A stretch of 63,591 nt of DNA, the filler included, from Octopus bimaculoides (taxonomy: Eukaryota): the NCBI RefSeq assembly GCF_001194135.2. It is 8 parts of 6 records of this genome, joined end to end, with 100 filler letters (N's around TTAATTAATTAA, not from the genome) between each part and the next. Parts side by side here need not be neighbours in the genome. Positions count along the whole stretch, not along the records: positions 38,595 to 50,211 come from NC_068993.1; positions 50,312 to 62,249 come from NC_068993.1; 6 more parts are not named here. One strand, written 5' to 3'. Positions 38,594-51,096 of this stretch are shown piece after piece. The translations under genes and the position numbers were made by a program. Every line of letters begins with the position of its first letter. The first letter of the stretch is position 1. The notes under the pieces are model-generated. The model saw only the letters and a list, made by a program, of their open reading frames with translations, made no database searches and was not told the origin of the DNA.

Positions 38594-41320
38594 NGATGAT
38601 AAGGCGCGTCACACAAGGGGAGTAGCTCTGATGCTGACTAAGAAAGCGGTTAAAGCATTAATAGAATGGCAACCCATAAATGAAAGATTGATCCTAGCAA
38701 AGTTTAAAACGTCTCATAAGTGGATTTCCCTAACAATCGTTATGTGCAATGCCCCAACAAATGATGCTGATGAATTAGCAAAAGTTGAATTTTATGATAC
38801 TCTGCAGAGCGTAATTGAAAAACGGACTGAGAAAGAGTTGATAATGGTTATGGGTGATTTCAACGCAAAAGTCGGAAACATTAATTTAGGATATGAAGAA
38901 GCCATTATGGGAAAACATGGTTTAGGAAGCTTGAATGCAAATGGCCAGTTATTTGCAGATTTTTGCGCAAATAACCAGTTGGTCATTGGAGGAACTTTAT
39001 TTCTGCACAAAGACCTTCACAAAGCTACATGGATATCACCAGATCTGAAAACGCAAAATCAGATCGATCACATCTGTGTAAGCTGCAAGTTCAGGAGATC
39101 ACTGTTAGATGTTAGGGTAAAAAGAGGGGCTAACGCAGCCTCCGACCACCACCTACTATTTGGCAAACTACAACTGAAGTTAAGGGCTTTAAAAGAGGAA
39201 TGTAAGGTTCAACGAAAATACAATGTTGATTTACTAAAACACAAAGACACCCAAATAAAATACAGAAAAGTATTATCATGCAAATCAATGCAAATAAAAA
39301 GGATGCAAGGCAACACAATAGAACATACTTGGTCAAAAATTAAGGATGCTTTTATTTCATTATTAAAAGAATGTGTAGGGTGTGTAAACAAAAAGAATAA
39401 GACGTGGTTATCACAAGAGACACTAACAGCCATAGAAGTAAGAAAGAAGCTAAAGGAAAAATTACTATCGGCAAGCTTAGAAGTAGAGATAAATAGATGT
39501 CAGGGAAATTATAACAAACAAAATAAGAAAGTTAAAATACAATTAAGAAGAGACAATATTTCAAAAATATTTCGAAAATTTAGCAACAACAGCAGAAAAT
39601 GCAGCTCAGCGCCAGAACATGAAAGAGCTGTACAACACAACTAAATTACTATCCGGGAAGAGAGTAAGAGTAGAAAAGGCAGTAAAAGGGAAGGATGGTC
39701 AGGCACTAACATCAATTCTAGAACAAAAAAATTGATGGAAGGAGCATTTTGAAGATTTGCTCAATAGACTACCTCCAGACACAATAGCCAATATTGTGCC
39801 AAGAAATTTGGATCTTAACATCAGCCTTGAATCACTGTCCAAGTTTGAAATAAGAAAGGTTATACAATCCCTCAAGAATGGGAAAGCGGGAGGTGTAGAC
39901 AATATTCCAGCTGAAGCATTGAAATCAGCTATAGAAATAGTGGTAGAAATGTTTCATCCATTATTTTCTAAATTATGGGAGGAAGAAAATGTGCCTAATG
40001 ATTGGAAAGAGGGACTCATCGTAAAATTGCCAAAAAAAAATGTGATTTAAGTGTTTGCGGAAATTATAGAGGGATTATGTTATTATCGACTCCCGGAAAA
40101 GGTTTTAACAGGATACTTTTGGAGCGGATGAGGACAGCAGTTGACAAATTGTTGCATAAAGAACAAGCCGGATTTAGGAAGAACCGTTCATGTGTAGATC
40201 AAATCGCCACTCTTCGCATAATCTTAGAGCAAAGCGCAGAGTGGAATGCACTGCTTTATATCAATTTTATTGATTTCGAAAAAGCATTCGATAGTGTAGA
40301 TAGGGAAGGCTTATGGAAAATTATGTAGCACTACGGCATACCAGACAAGTATATATCTATAATAAGAGTAACTTAACGAGGAATGTCATGCCGAGTCTTG
40401 CATGGAAACAGAGCTACAGATAAATTCGAAGTAAAAACAGGAGTTCAACAGGGCTGTATACTTTCTCCCTTTTTATTTCTACTAGTTATAGATTGGATTA
40501 TGAAGGAAACTATGATTGAAAGCCAAACAGGCATTAAATGGATGGATGCAGAAGCTCTAGAAGATTTCGACTTTGCAGATGATATAGCGCTACTTTCACA
40601 AACATATAGCCAAGTGCAAAATAAAACGTCAAAATTAGAAGCAATAGCTGCCAAACTAGGTTTGAAAGTCAACCGCAACAAATCAAAAATTATGCGCGTT
40701 AACGAAGAAAACAGCGAAAGTATTAAACTAGAATCCGGTGAACTAGAGGATGTAGCCGAGTTTACGTATTTAGGAAGTAATATAACATTCTCAGGCGGCA
40801 CTGACGAAGATATTAAGACGAGAACAAGTAAGGCAAGAACCGTTTTCCACCTGTTAAAAAAGTATGGAGCGCAAGTGTAATTTCAATAAATAACAAAATA
40901 AGAATTTTTAACACTAATGTAAAAGTGGCGAACAACAGTTAAGTCAAAAAAGCAAATACAACCATTCATCAACAGATGCTTGCGTAATATACTTAAAATC
41001 AGATGGCCTGAACACATAGGCAATATGGAGCTATGGCAAAGAACGAATCAAGTTTCGATTAGGGAGCAAATATTTAAGAAAAAGTGGAAGTGGATTGGTA
41101 GCACAATTAGAAAAGACACACCAAATGTAGCGAAAAGTGGTCTACAGTGGAATCCGGATGGATATAGAAAGAAAGGTAGGCCTAAGAACTCATGGTGTAG
41201 ATCAACACAAAAAGGAACTAGAGAAAGGGAGACATTCATAATAGAGTATAAGTACAGAAGTGAAAAATTATGCGACATGAAATTCAATTATAAGTGGCCT
41301 ATACTCCGCGTTGGAGGGTT
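38594..41320 (+). mobile_element. RTE-clade LINE, near full length, disabled (APE endonuclease + RT)
   Basis: APE motifs CNAPTN, VMGDFNAKVG, NQIDHI, ASDHHLL. RT motifs KAGGVDNI, NYRGIMLL, QAGFRKNRSC, FIDFEKAFDSV, GVQQGCILSPFLF, DFADDIALL, FTYLGS. Several frameshifts and stops. Confidence 0.93.
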
Positions 41321-41330
41321 NNNNNNNNNN

Positions 41331-41368
<38 letters not shown>

Positions 41369-42489
41369 GTAGTATAATATAAAGAAAATGGAGAGTTTGA
41401 ATACAACAGAATCAATTTATTTACATAACTATCGATTACATAATGCCTATGATCATTTCGATATCCACCTTCATTTATTATATAATTAATAATTCCATTA
41501 TGAGTTCTGAAGGCAGAAATCTCCTCAGAGCCAAAATCAACATATTTATCTGTACATCCTAATAGATTGAGTGTTCATATTAGACTAAGATAGCAACATG
41601 TGTTTTTTGTGTGTGTCAGTGAGTGTTAGCATATTCACCTTTAAGCTTAATTGTTGTATGTGTCTTTGGAGTTCTGTTCTAAAAATAGCCAAAATTTAAA
41701 GTTTATCCATAGCAGGACAATGGCTGGCTGCCCTCTTGGATAATTCAGGTCAAATATTACCATGCCCCAAAGTAATTAATATTGGTTTTTAACTCATGGA
41801 TGTTGTTTTACTCAGAGGAAAAAACTACACAATATATATATTTATTTATATTTTAGTATCCAAATCTAATTATGTTATTTCTATTTCTGTTTATAATTAA
41901 ATTTAGAGAATTTTCATTTAATTTTATAATTTAATAACTTTTTATTTTCTAGGTTTATTAGTTTTGTAAGTGTTTAGGGTTAATATATGTTTTCTTACTA
42001 ATTGTATCTATTTCAATAGGAGTTATGATTTTCTGTGTATCATGTGTACAGGGCTAGAATTTTAACTAGTGCTTTTCTTTCTACTGGTGAATGTATGTTT
42101 CAGTATAAAATGTGTTCCTATGTATACTTAATTTATTTAATTTTTTTATAGAGTGTTTACTTATACATAATTTATTTTTAATTTAAAAATTATAATGATT
42201 AAATTTATACATACATATATACCCTCACATATTATCATTACATCCATATATACATACATCATTGTTTTTGCCGTAATCAAACTCTCCACTTTCTTTATAT
42301 TATATGACTAAATTTATATTCACATATATCGAATCAGATGGAAACATCTATACGGACTACTAGAACTCTATAATGTGTATAGTACTGGTGTGTATTAAAC
42401 ACTAATACTACCGCAAAGAGACTAATTCCAGTATGTTCACAAAGAGCAATCTCTTTCTTTACAATACCTCATACACACACACACACACA

Positions 42490-42990
42490 CATATATATTA
42501 TCATCATCATCATCGTTTATCTTCAAAGGTCTCAGTTTGTTGTTATTGCCACTGTGAGGCCCAAAGTTCAAAGGTCATGCTTCACTACTTCTTCCCATGT
42601 CTTCCTGGGTCTACCTCTTCCACAAGTTCCTTCCACTGTTAGGGTGTGACACTTCTTCACACAGCTATCCTTATCCATATACAACATATGACCACATCAG
42701 CGCAGTCGTCTCTCTTGCACACCATGTCTGATGCTTCTTATGTCCAACTTTTCTCTCAGGATACTTACACTCTGTTGAGTATGCACACTGAGATTACACA
42801 TCCAACAGATCATACTAGCTTCATTTCTTTCAAGCCTATGCATGTCCACAGCAGTCATGGCCCATGTTTCACTGCATCATACAATTTACCTTTCACTCTG
42901 AGTGAGAGGCCTTTTATTGCCAGCAGAGGTAAGGAACTTTCTGAACTTTGCCCAGGTTATTCTTATTCTAGCAGCTATGCTCTCAGAGCA
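42490..42990 (-). mobile_element. RTE LINE 3' fragment, same family as 49860-50211
   Basis: The reverse complement encodes peptides equivalent to REKLDIRSI...QERRLRWYGH...DSCVKKCHTL. Confidence 0.8.
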
Positions 42991-43393
42991 TCCACCCCAG
43001 TACAGACTTGGTCACCTACACACACACACACATATAATCATGACTGACTACTAACTCCAAAAGTTTTTTTTTATAATCCCTCTATTTATTTCCTTGTGAT
43101 CCTTTCTGTTGAAGACCGTAAGCTCGAAATGTAAAAGACTTTCTCACCTTCCTGAGCACCAAATTAATACAGCTGCTTGTTATTTATACATCTGTTTTCA
43201 TCTTTCGTTTTTCTGTAAATTTCAACTATATATATATATATATGATTATTTCTCTATTGCCTTGTCTTTATTATTATTTTACTTCTTACTGATAATAATT
43301 ACTTACACCCCTGGTAAATATTTAAATAGTCAATTCAACAACCTTGATTATACATTATTTACATCTGACAAATATTTGTCCTCATCTTGTTTG

Positions 43394-43445
43394 TTGTTAA
43401 CACGTTTCAGCTGATATACCCACCAGCTTTCATCAGGTGTTTTGG
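43394..43445 (-). ncRNA. minimal type-I hammerhead ribozyme fold, copy lacking the cleavage triplet
   Basis: Minus strand: aacac-CTGATGA-a-agctgg(tgggtata)tcagct-GAAAC-gtgtt. Stems I and II are intact, but the GTT present in the 45513 copy is missing. Confidence 0.65.
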
Positions 43446-43528
43446 GGAAATTTCGAACCTGGGTTCTCATTCCTAACGTATATTTTGATGTTATTATTAT
43501 TGTTGTTGTTGTTATTATTATTATTATT

Positions 43529-43603
43529 CAGGTCACTGCCTGGAATCGAACTTGGAATCTTGTGGTTAGTAGCCCATGCTCTTAACCACTACGCCATATG
43601 CCC
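43529..43603 (-). other. tRNA-like Pol III head with (AAT)n tail inside the PLE 3' repeat
   Basis: Minus strand: A box TGGCGTAGTGG (43596-43586) and B box GTTCGATTC (43551-43543), followed by an (AAT/AAC)n tract. Confidence 0.7.
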
Positions 43604-45512
43604 ATGGGCAATTATGGAGTGAATTTTAGGGCTTATAAATCCAATATTTTCCTATCCTTCCTTAATACCAGTTCCCATATGTTACTCATATCTGTACTCG
43701 GTCTCCTCAGGAGGTTGTTGTGTCCTAACATATGTGCTGCTTCTTATAGTTTTCGTATTTTCCAGTGGTGTTCTCTAGCTATTATTTTAACTTCATTCCA
43801 CAGGGGGAGGTAGTCTCCATTTTTCCATACATGATCAGCTTTACCCGATTTATCAATATCTCCTTGTGTCATAGCTTTGTGATGTTCGTCTACCCTTATT
43901 TTGAGGGGGCGGCTATAACCTACCACAGCTGCATGGGATGGAGTACATGCAGTCTTTGGTCATATTCTCTTCTATTGGTGGTTTTACTCGGAGATATTTG
44001 CGAAGTGTTGTATTACTCTTGAATACTGTCCTGATGTCATACGGGCTGCATGTCTTTTGTATCTTTTCGGAAAGTCCTTTCACATAGGGTAGACAGACTG
44101 TGGACAGTTTATTGGTTTCATCCTCTCTTTTCTTCTTAATTGGAGTGGAGAGTATGCTTTTGAGGTAGTTGTTACTTAATAGATTGTTACTGAGCTTGAT
44201 CATTTCTTCATGGTGGGTATCACGATCACTACTTATATTCTTTGCTCAATGTTTTAGGCACTGAGCAATCCCTCTCTTTACACTGTATGGATGGTGGGAA
44301 CTGAAGTTGAGGAATCGTCCAGTGAAGGTTGGCTTGCAGTATACGGAGGTCCTGAATCCACACTTGGCGCCTGTTATTAATATGTCCAGGAATGCTAGCT
44401 GATTGTCTTTTACCTTTTCCATTGTGAACTGTATGGATGGCTTTATTGAGTTCACATGATCTAACAGCACTTGGACATCTTCCTGGTGGGGCCAGAGTAT
44501 AAAAGTGTCATCAACATATCACAGCCATAGGGTTGGTTTTAGTGGTGTTGATCCTAAAGCCAAATTCTCAAAGTATTCCATGTACATATTGGCTATTATC
44601 AGTGATAATGGCAAACCCATAACTAAACCCTCTTCTTGTTGATATATATATCAGTGTCCTTACTGTCAACATTTCCATCAGGTTTCTTATTGGTATACTA
44701 GTGCGTTCTTTTAGATGGGTGTCTGTCATTAGTGTTTCTTGAATCACCAATAGTGCTTCACTAGTTGGGACTTTAGTGAACAGACTTATCACATCTAGAC
44801 TCACCATCTGGTTGGATTCAAGGGGGGTATCCTCGATCAATTCTGTGAAGTGTGGAATTCTTCATGTACAATGTTGACTTTCGTGCTAATGGACTGATTA
44901 TATCCACAAGGAAAGGGTTCAGTGGATGACATGCTGAACCTCTACAGCTCACCCTAGGTCCTAATGGAATACAATTCTTGTGAATCTTAGGTAGACCATA
45001 CATGTGTGGTAGTTTACTGTAGTGTTGAGTCAGTTGTCTGTAATTCATTGGTGGAAAGTGATCCTTGTTCTTGATCAAAATCTGTGACAACTTCCTCTCT
45101 GTTTTCAGAGTTGGGTCTTGCTTTTCTTTGCTGTAGCTACCATCACTTATAAGACTTGCCAATTTTTTCAGAGTAGTCAAACTTGTTCATCACCACTGCA
45201 GCATTTCCCTTGCCTGCTGAAAGTATTATGATGGAATTGTCACTCTGTAGTCTTTTGATAGCGAAATTTTTTTCCTTAGTGATGTTTGGTTTGGGAAGTT
45301 TCGCTTTTTCTAGTACCTGTCTCACTTTCCCCTTTAGTTCATCTCTCTGAGCTTTTGGTATCTTTGTGGCTATCTCTTCAATAGGGGCTATTATGTCCAA
45401 GTATGGAATGTGCTTGATGGTTGTCGCAAAGTTGAGACCTTTGTTTAGTACTGCTTCTTCAAAGCTTTCTAGATGTCAGTTACTTACATTACAGGTTTGA
45501 AATTTCCCCCAA

Positions 45513-45558
45513 GACACCTGATGAAGGCTGGAGGATATATCAGCTGAAACGTTGTGTC
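45513..45558 (+). ncRNA. minimal type-I hammerhead ribozyme fold
   Basis: gacac-CTGATGA-a-ggctgg(aggatata)tcagct-GAAAC-GTT|gtgtc. Stem I is 5 bp, stem II is 6 bp, and stem III is the palindromic AACGTT; predicted cleavage after 45553. Confidence 0.78.
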
Positions 45559-46689
45559 AACAACAAACAAGATGAGTATGAATATCCTTCAAATGTAAAT
45601 AATGTACATAATTCCTCATCTCTTAAATATAGAACTGAACCTTGATTATAATTTATACTTTGAACTTATTTAGATACTAACAATGTTTATATGATATTTA
45701 GCTTAAAAAATATTTTTTAGTGTATCTATAACTATAATTATGTATTTGAAACAATATTTTAATGAATACACATTAATATTGTTTTTCCATGTATTTACCT
45801 TAAATGTTTTAATCTATCTCCATCTATAATACTAAATTATATTACTCTTATCCTACATTACAACCTATTCTCTATTTACTAATATATTTAGACCTCTAAT
45901 CTTTAATTTGATGTTGTTCATATTTTTCTTGTTGATATCAACTCCTATATTTCATAAACTCTATTTCTCTGATAGATTAATATATGATTTTCCTTTTCTT
46001 ATACCAAAACTATCTACTAATTATCTTTTAATATTTTAATAAATCTCCCCTCTTTTCTTAGAAAACCATCTTATCAATATATATTAATTTTATTCCTATT
46101 ATCTTCCATACTTTTAAAGTATTTAAAAAAAATATTTACTTATATCTTAAAATTTCTAATTTTTTATATTTAATATTGTTCATATTTCTCTTGTTGATCT
46201 CAATCCCTATATTTCATAAACATTGTCTCTAAAAACTTTTATTTAGTTTCAGTTTGTTATTATTTTTTTCTCTATTTTTATGATCTTTTATTTTCTAGAT
46301 TCTTAATAATAAATACATCACTTTCCTTTTATTATACCAATAATATCTACTAGTTACTTTTTAATTATATTGCTAAAATTCTCTTCCCTTTGTTAGAAAA
46401 TTGTCTTATTATTTTATATTTATTTTATTATTATTGTTTTGAATAACTTTTAAGGTTCTAGTTAAATACTGACTATGCATTCTTGAAACATTATGTTGAG
46501 ATTTTATCATTTAACTCTCACCTGACGAATTTCTGTATTGATTTAAAAGCTTATTCATATCAATGCAAACATGTAATTTATTTATCATTAAATATAATAA
46601 AATAAATTTATCTAGCATGTGATATATGATTTTTCCAATCATTAAATAAATTTCATCACACTTTTTCTCTCATCATAGGTGTACCTTTC

Positions 46690-47010
46690 TTTCATTGGAC
46701 ACTAAACTCTGCTTGTGAAGACCTGTTGAGGCAAGTGAAATCAAAATCAAATTCGATGACAGCACCGCTTGACTGGCATCCATGCTAGTGGAGCGCTAAG
46801 AGCACCATCCAAGCGTGATTGTTACCAGGGCTGCTGACTGGCCCCCATACTGGTAGCACGTAAAAAGCACCATTCGAGTGTGATCGTTACCAGTGTCGCC
46901 TTACTGGCACTTGTGCTAGTGTTGCATGAAAAACAGTATTCGAGCAAGGGGCATTGCCAGTGCCTCTGGACTGGCTCCTGTGCAGGTGACACGTAAAAAC
47001 AAACACACAC
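46690..47010 (+). mobile_element. SINE-related dispersed repeat with internal sub-repeats
   Basis: Repeated units (agcaccatccaagcgtgattgttaccagg / agcaccattcgagtgtgatcgttaccagtg); a related core occurs inverted at 51830-51900. Confidence 0.55.
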
Positions 47011-47075
47011 ATATATATATATATAACACACATATACACGAACATATATATATCATACACACACATATATATATA

Positions 47076-48348
47076 ACAGGTTGAGTAAAAAGTAAGCAAC
47101 GTTTTGAACCATGAAGAATTTGTACCAGATTTTTACAGACTTTCAAACTTTTTTTTAACATCTTTTTGCAATTGTCTGATAACACATACATAGACTTGCC
47201 CAAATGCATCAATAAATTAACATTCATATTTTTTTCACCGTTGTTACAACCATCTGGAATGGAACTGTCAAAGCGCGATGTTCAAGCAATTTTGCTATTC
47301 AACTTCAAAAAGGATGTAAAGCAACTGAAACTGCTCACAATATCAATGGAACGTTTGGTGAGGAAATGACCAGTGAGTGGTCAGCTTGAGAATGGCATAA
47401 AGGATTTCACAGCGGAGACCTGAGCCTTGAAGACTGTGAGCGTAGTGGACGTCCATCTGTTACCGATGACAGTTAATTAAAGACTATCATTGAGAAAGAT
47501 CCATGTAAAACCACTTTAGAACTGGCAAAGGAACTTCAGGTTAGCCAGAAAACTGCCTGCAACCATTTGCATGCAATCAGAAAATCAAAAAAGCTCAACA
47601 ATTGGGTACCACAAGATTTGAGTGAAAATCAGAAAATGTGCAAATATGAAATTTGCTTCTCTGTAACCAGACCAATCAATTTATCGATTGTATTGTAACT
47701 TGCAATGAAAAGTGGATTTTGTACAATAATGAAAAACGTACTTCACAGTGGTTGGACCAAAATGAAGCACTGAAAACCTTCCCTAAATCCAAACTCTTCA
47801 AAAAGGTTATGGTGACTGTTTGGTAGTGTACTGCTAGACTCTTCCACTATAACTTCTTAAAACCCCAAAAAACCATTACTGCAGAAACACATTGCCATGA
47901 AATTGCCAAAGTGAACAAAAATCTGCTACTCTTCCATCCCACACTGGTCAACAGAAGAGGGCCAATCCTTCTTCATGATAATGCTCGATGACACGTTTTA
48001 CTAATGATGCTCCAGAAGTTGAGGTAACTTGGCTACAAAGATTTTCCCCCTCCCAGCTTATTCTCCAGATCTTTTTCCTACCAACTACCACATTTTCAAG
48101 CACCTTCATGGTTTCTTGCGAGAGAAGGTGTTCAAAAATCAAACCAATGCTGAAAATGCATTGAAAGAGTTTGTCAGTTCCAGAACTTCAGGTTTTTATG
48201 TTACTAGAATAAACAAACCTGTAACTCATTGACAAAAATGTGTTGATTGTAATGGTACTTACTTTGATGAATAAAATTTCTGCATTGTTGGAGTATATTG
48301 TGATGAATTTCATGTTTCGAAACATTGCTTACTTTTTACTCAGCTTGA
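47076..48348 (+). mobile_element. mariner transposon, full length (about 1.27 kb), inactive
   Basis: About 40-bp TIRs (acaggttgagtaaaaagtaagcaacgttttgaaccatgaa / ttcatgtttcgaaacattgcttactttttactcagcttga) with TA flanks. Peptides IVTCNEKWI, LLHDNAR and YSPDLFPTNYHIF; two catalytic Asp residues are changed to Asn, plus stops. Confidence 0.93.
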
Positions 48349-49124
48349 TATATATANNNNNNNNNNNNNNNNNNNNNNNNNNNNNNNNNNNNNNNNNNNN
48401 NNNNNNNNNNNNNNNNNNNNNNNNNNNNNNNNNNNNNNNNNNNNNNNNNNNNNNNNNNNNNNNNNNNNNNNNNNNNNNNNNNNNNNNNNNNNNNNNNNNN
48501 NATATATATATATATATAAACAAATAATAAATGAGTATATGCATATATACGTACAAGTATGTGCATACCTACATCTACCTGTATATATAGGTACAGGACA
48601 TCGCAAACAAAACGTAGACAAAAAAATAATAATAACCAGAGTACAGAAAACACACAGGCCACATAAAGAACATTTTCCTTCATCAGCTGCCCCCATTCTA
48701 ACACAGGCGTTTCGAAGAGTAGAGCAGACGCATCGTTAAAATGGCTCTTCCCACAGACCACAAATTAAATTTGTATACGCAAATTAAACTTGTACTACGG
48801 AGGAATGTAGTGGCGGACAGAATACAAACGGAAAACAAAACAAGACAGGAAAACAAACGGAAAAGGCTATACAGCCAGACGTGAAAAATTATGTGTATAT
48901 TGAACGCTGTGAAGCAACGAACTGGAAGCAGGACGAAGTAAGTGCGTATCTTTGCTCGGCGATAGCCAAGGAAGAAAAGAATTAGTAACTGGACACATGT
49001 GACCAGCGAGGGGTAAGGAAGAGAGAGAGAGTGGTAGAGGGAGAAACAAGGGGAGGAAGTAGAAAATAGGTGAGCAACGAGTGAAAGAGAGAAATATAGT
49101 AGTATATATATATATAGATATATA

Positions 49125-49810
49125 CAAAGCTGGGCATAAGTCCATTAATCATTGATTTATGAAGTTAACATTTTCTCTAATGATTTAACTTTTAAGTTAA
49201 CTTCTAAAATCATGATCGGACTAATTGACTTCTGTTACATTTAGATTCCATGAACTGAAGTCTGTTAACCCAAAACTCATTCACTGCAGCACCTTGAATG
49301 ATGCAGTTTTAGCCCCTTAGTCGACACAGTTTTGGCCCCTTGGTCGACACAGTTTTGGCCAGCATCAACAAAAGATTTGCGACCCTCCTGCTGCCTTCCC
49401 CCTTGGTTTTGCCTCATCTGGTTGGATAGGTATGATAATGCCAAGTTCACTAAGGTGAAGAGAAGCATGGAGGATAACAGTCTGAGGAAGTGAGCAGCAG
49501 CAATAAAGAGGTGGAGGATGACATCTTCAGTTGTGTCACTCAGCAAAAAGAAAGCGGAAGCCATAGGTCACCGATGGACAAGGCCCAGAATTTACTAAAG
49601 ACCTGGTTGGAGACCAACTCGAAAGAGCTACTGATAGACGCTGCCTTCTTAAGTGAGCAAGTGTTGGTGGACTTGTTCATCAAGTTCAACAGCCATCCCT
49701 TCCAGTGCTGCAATTGGACATTTATTTTCCATGGGCAAGGACATCTTGAGTGCCAAGAGATTGTCCTTGTCTGATGAAAATTTTAGTATGTTAATTTTCA
49801 CAAAGTGCAG
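49125..49810 (+). mobile_element. internally deleted hAT element carrying the C-terminal dimerisation domain
   Basis: Frameshifted LFIKFN / TAIPSSAAIGHLFSMGKDILSAKRLSLSDENFSMLIF matches the hAT dimerisation motif (P-SSA--ERLFS). Truncated by the adjacent RTE fragment. Confidence 0.7.
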
Positions 49811-49859
49811 CATGAATCTTATCAACAAAATAGAGGAGAGAGGAAAAATTAAATTATGT

Positions 49860-50211
49860 ATATATTGTGTACCATGCTACATGGCAGTGAAACATGGGCT
49901 GTAACTGCTGAGGACATACGTAAGCTCGCAAGGAATGAAGCCAGTATGCTCCGTTGGATGTGTAATGTCAATGTGAATACCCGTCAGAGTGTAAGTATCT
50001 TGAGAGAAAAGCTGAACATTAGAAGCATCAGTTGTGGCGTGCAAGAGAGACGATTGCGCTGGTATGGACATGTGGTCAGAATGGATGAGGATAGCTGCGT
50101 GAAAAAGTGCCACACCCTAACAGTTGAGGGAACCCGTGGAAGAGGTAGGCCCAGGAAGACCTGGGCTGAGGTGGTGAGGCAAGACCTTCGTACATTGGGC
50201 CTCACCGAGGC
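49860..50211 (+). mobile_element. RTE LINE 3' fragment
   Basis: MLHGSETW...MLRWMC...RRLRWYGHVVRM...GRGRPRKTW is an RTE ORF C-terminus. Confidence 0.9.
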
Positions 50212-50311
50212 NNNNNNNNNNNNNNNNNNNNNNNNNNNNNNNNNNNNNNNNNNNNTTAATTAATTAANNNNNNNNNNNNNNNNNNNNNNNNNNNNNNNNN
50301 NNNNNNNNNNN

Positions 50312-50700
50312 GTAGAACCCCCTGCACTGATAGGAACTGTATCGTATGTAGATTTAGCCCACAAACGAACTGCAAAACCAGAAATGTGGTCTATAGTATA
50401 AGATGTACAGAGGGACGATGCAGAAATAAGACAATGACATATGTAGGCGAAACAGCAAGGAGTATAGTGGAGTAGGCAAACGAACATTGGAGGGAACTTA
50501 AGGAAGGGAAGAACTCATCAGTTCTGTACCAGCACGCTGAGCAAGAACATAGAGGCTCAATCAACAACATAGAAATTAAAATCTTATCTACACATAGCAG
50601 TGATGCAGCACTTAGACAAATTACTGAAGCTACACACATAATAGAAGAGAAACCTAGCCTGAATAGGAAACTAGAATGGAACACTAACACACACCACTAA
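50312..50700 (+). mobile_element. Penelope-like element 3' end, GIY-YIG endonuclease (Neptune-like)
   Basis: Reading frame missed by the ORF track: PCTDRNCIVC...NCKTRNVVYSIRCTEGRC...TYVGETARSIVE*ANEH...HAEQEH...LRQITEATHI.EEKPSLNRKLEW. A Cys-rich linker precedes the GIY-YIG motif; one stop falls at the conserved Arg position. Confidence 0.85.
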
Positions 50701-51096
50701 CAAACCACAACATGTGACATGTTACCCATAAACCAATAATAATATGAACAAAATATAATACAATACATAGATAAAGAAATAGAATTAAATACTACATACG
50801 TTAACAAAATTTAATTAAACACATAAAAAAAACAAAAAACAGTAGATAAAAAAAAACAAAAAAAAACAAACAAACACACACACATGAACAAATAAATAAA
50901 TAAGAACAAATACAAACAAACACGTATTAACAGAGAATATAGGTGATACAGACACTCCCCATACACACACATGCACTTACAAAAGACATAGACACATTGA
51001 AGGACACGCATGCGTAGACACATACAATAGGAATACAAAATACAAAATGGCTGATAGTTAGCAAGGTGAGACACACATAAGAAAGAAGGAAACAAA

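Larger units (their letters stand above)
43345..45610 (-). mobile_element. Penelope-like element (RT + GIY-YIG) flanked by inverted partial pseudo-LTRs
   Basis: Minus-strand peptides LNKGLNFA, PHMYGLPKIHK, VSLDVISLFTKVP, YVDDTF, IQFTMEK..LAFLDI, SVYCKPT, LPYVKGLSE, MYSIPCSCG and RPLKIRVDEH. 43345-43460 is the reverse complement of 45492-45610. Confidence 0.92.

Noticed and set aside
38594-41320. RTE endonuclease ORF (337 aa) as a host gene or an active LINE
   Set aside because: It is the first segment of a LINE ORF broken by several frameshifts and in-frame stops.
48670-48760. CTGATGA and GAAAC on the minus strand suggesting another hammerhead
   Set aside because: No NUH triplet after GAAAC (it reads GCC), and stems I and II cannot both be drawn consistently. 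At best a decayed repeat related to 26790-26910.
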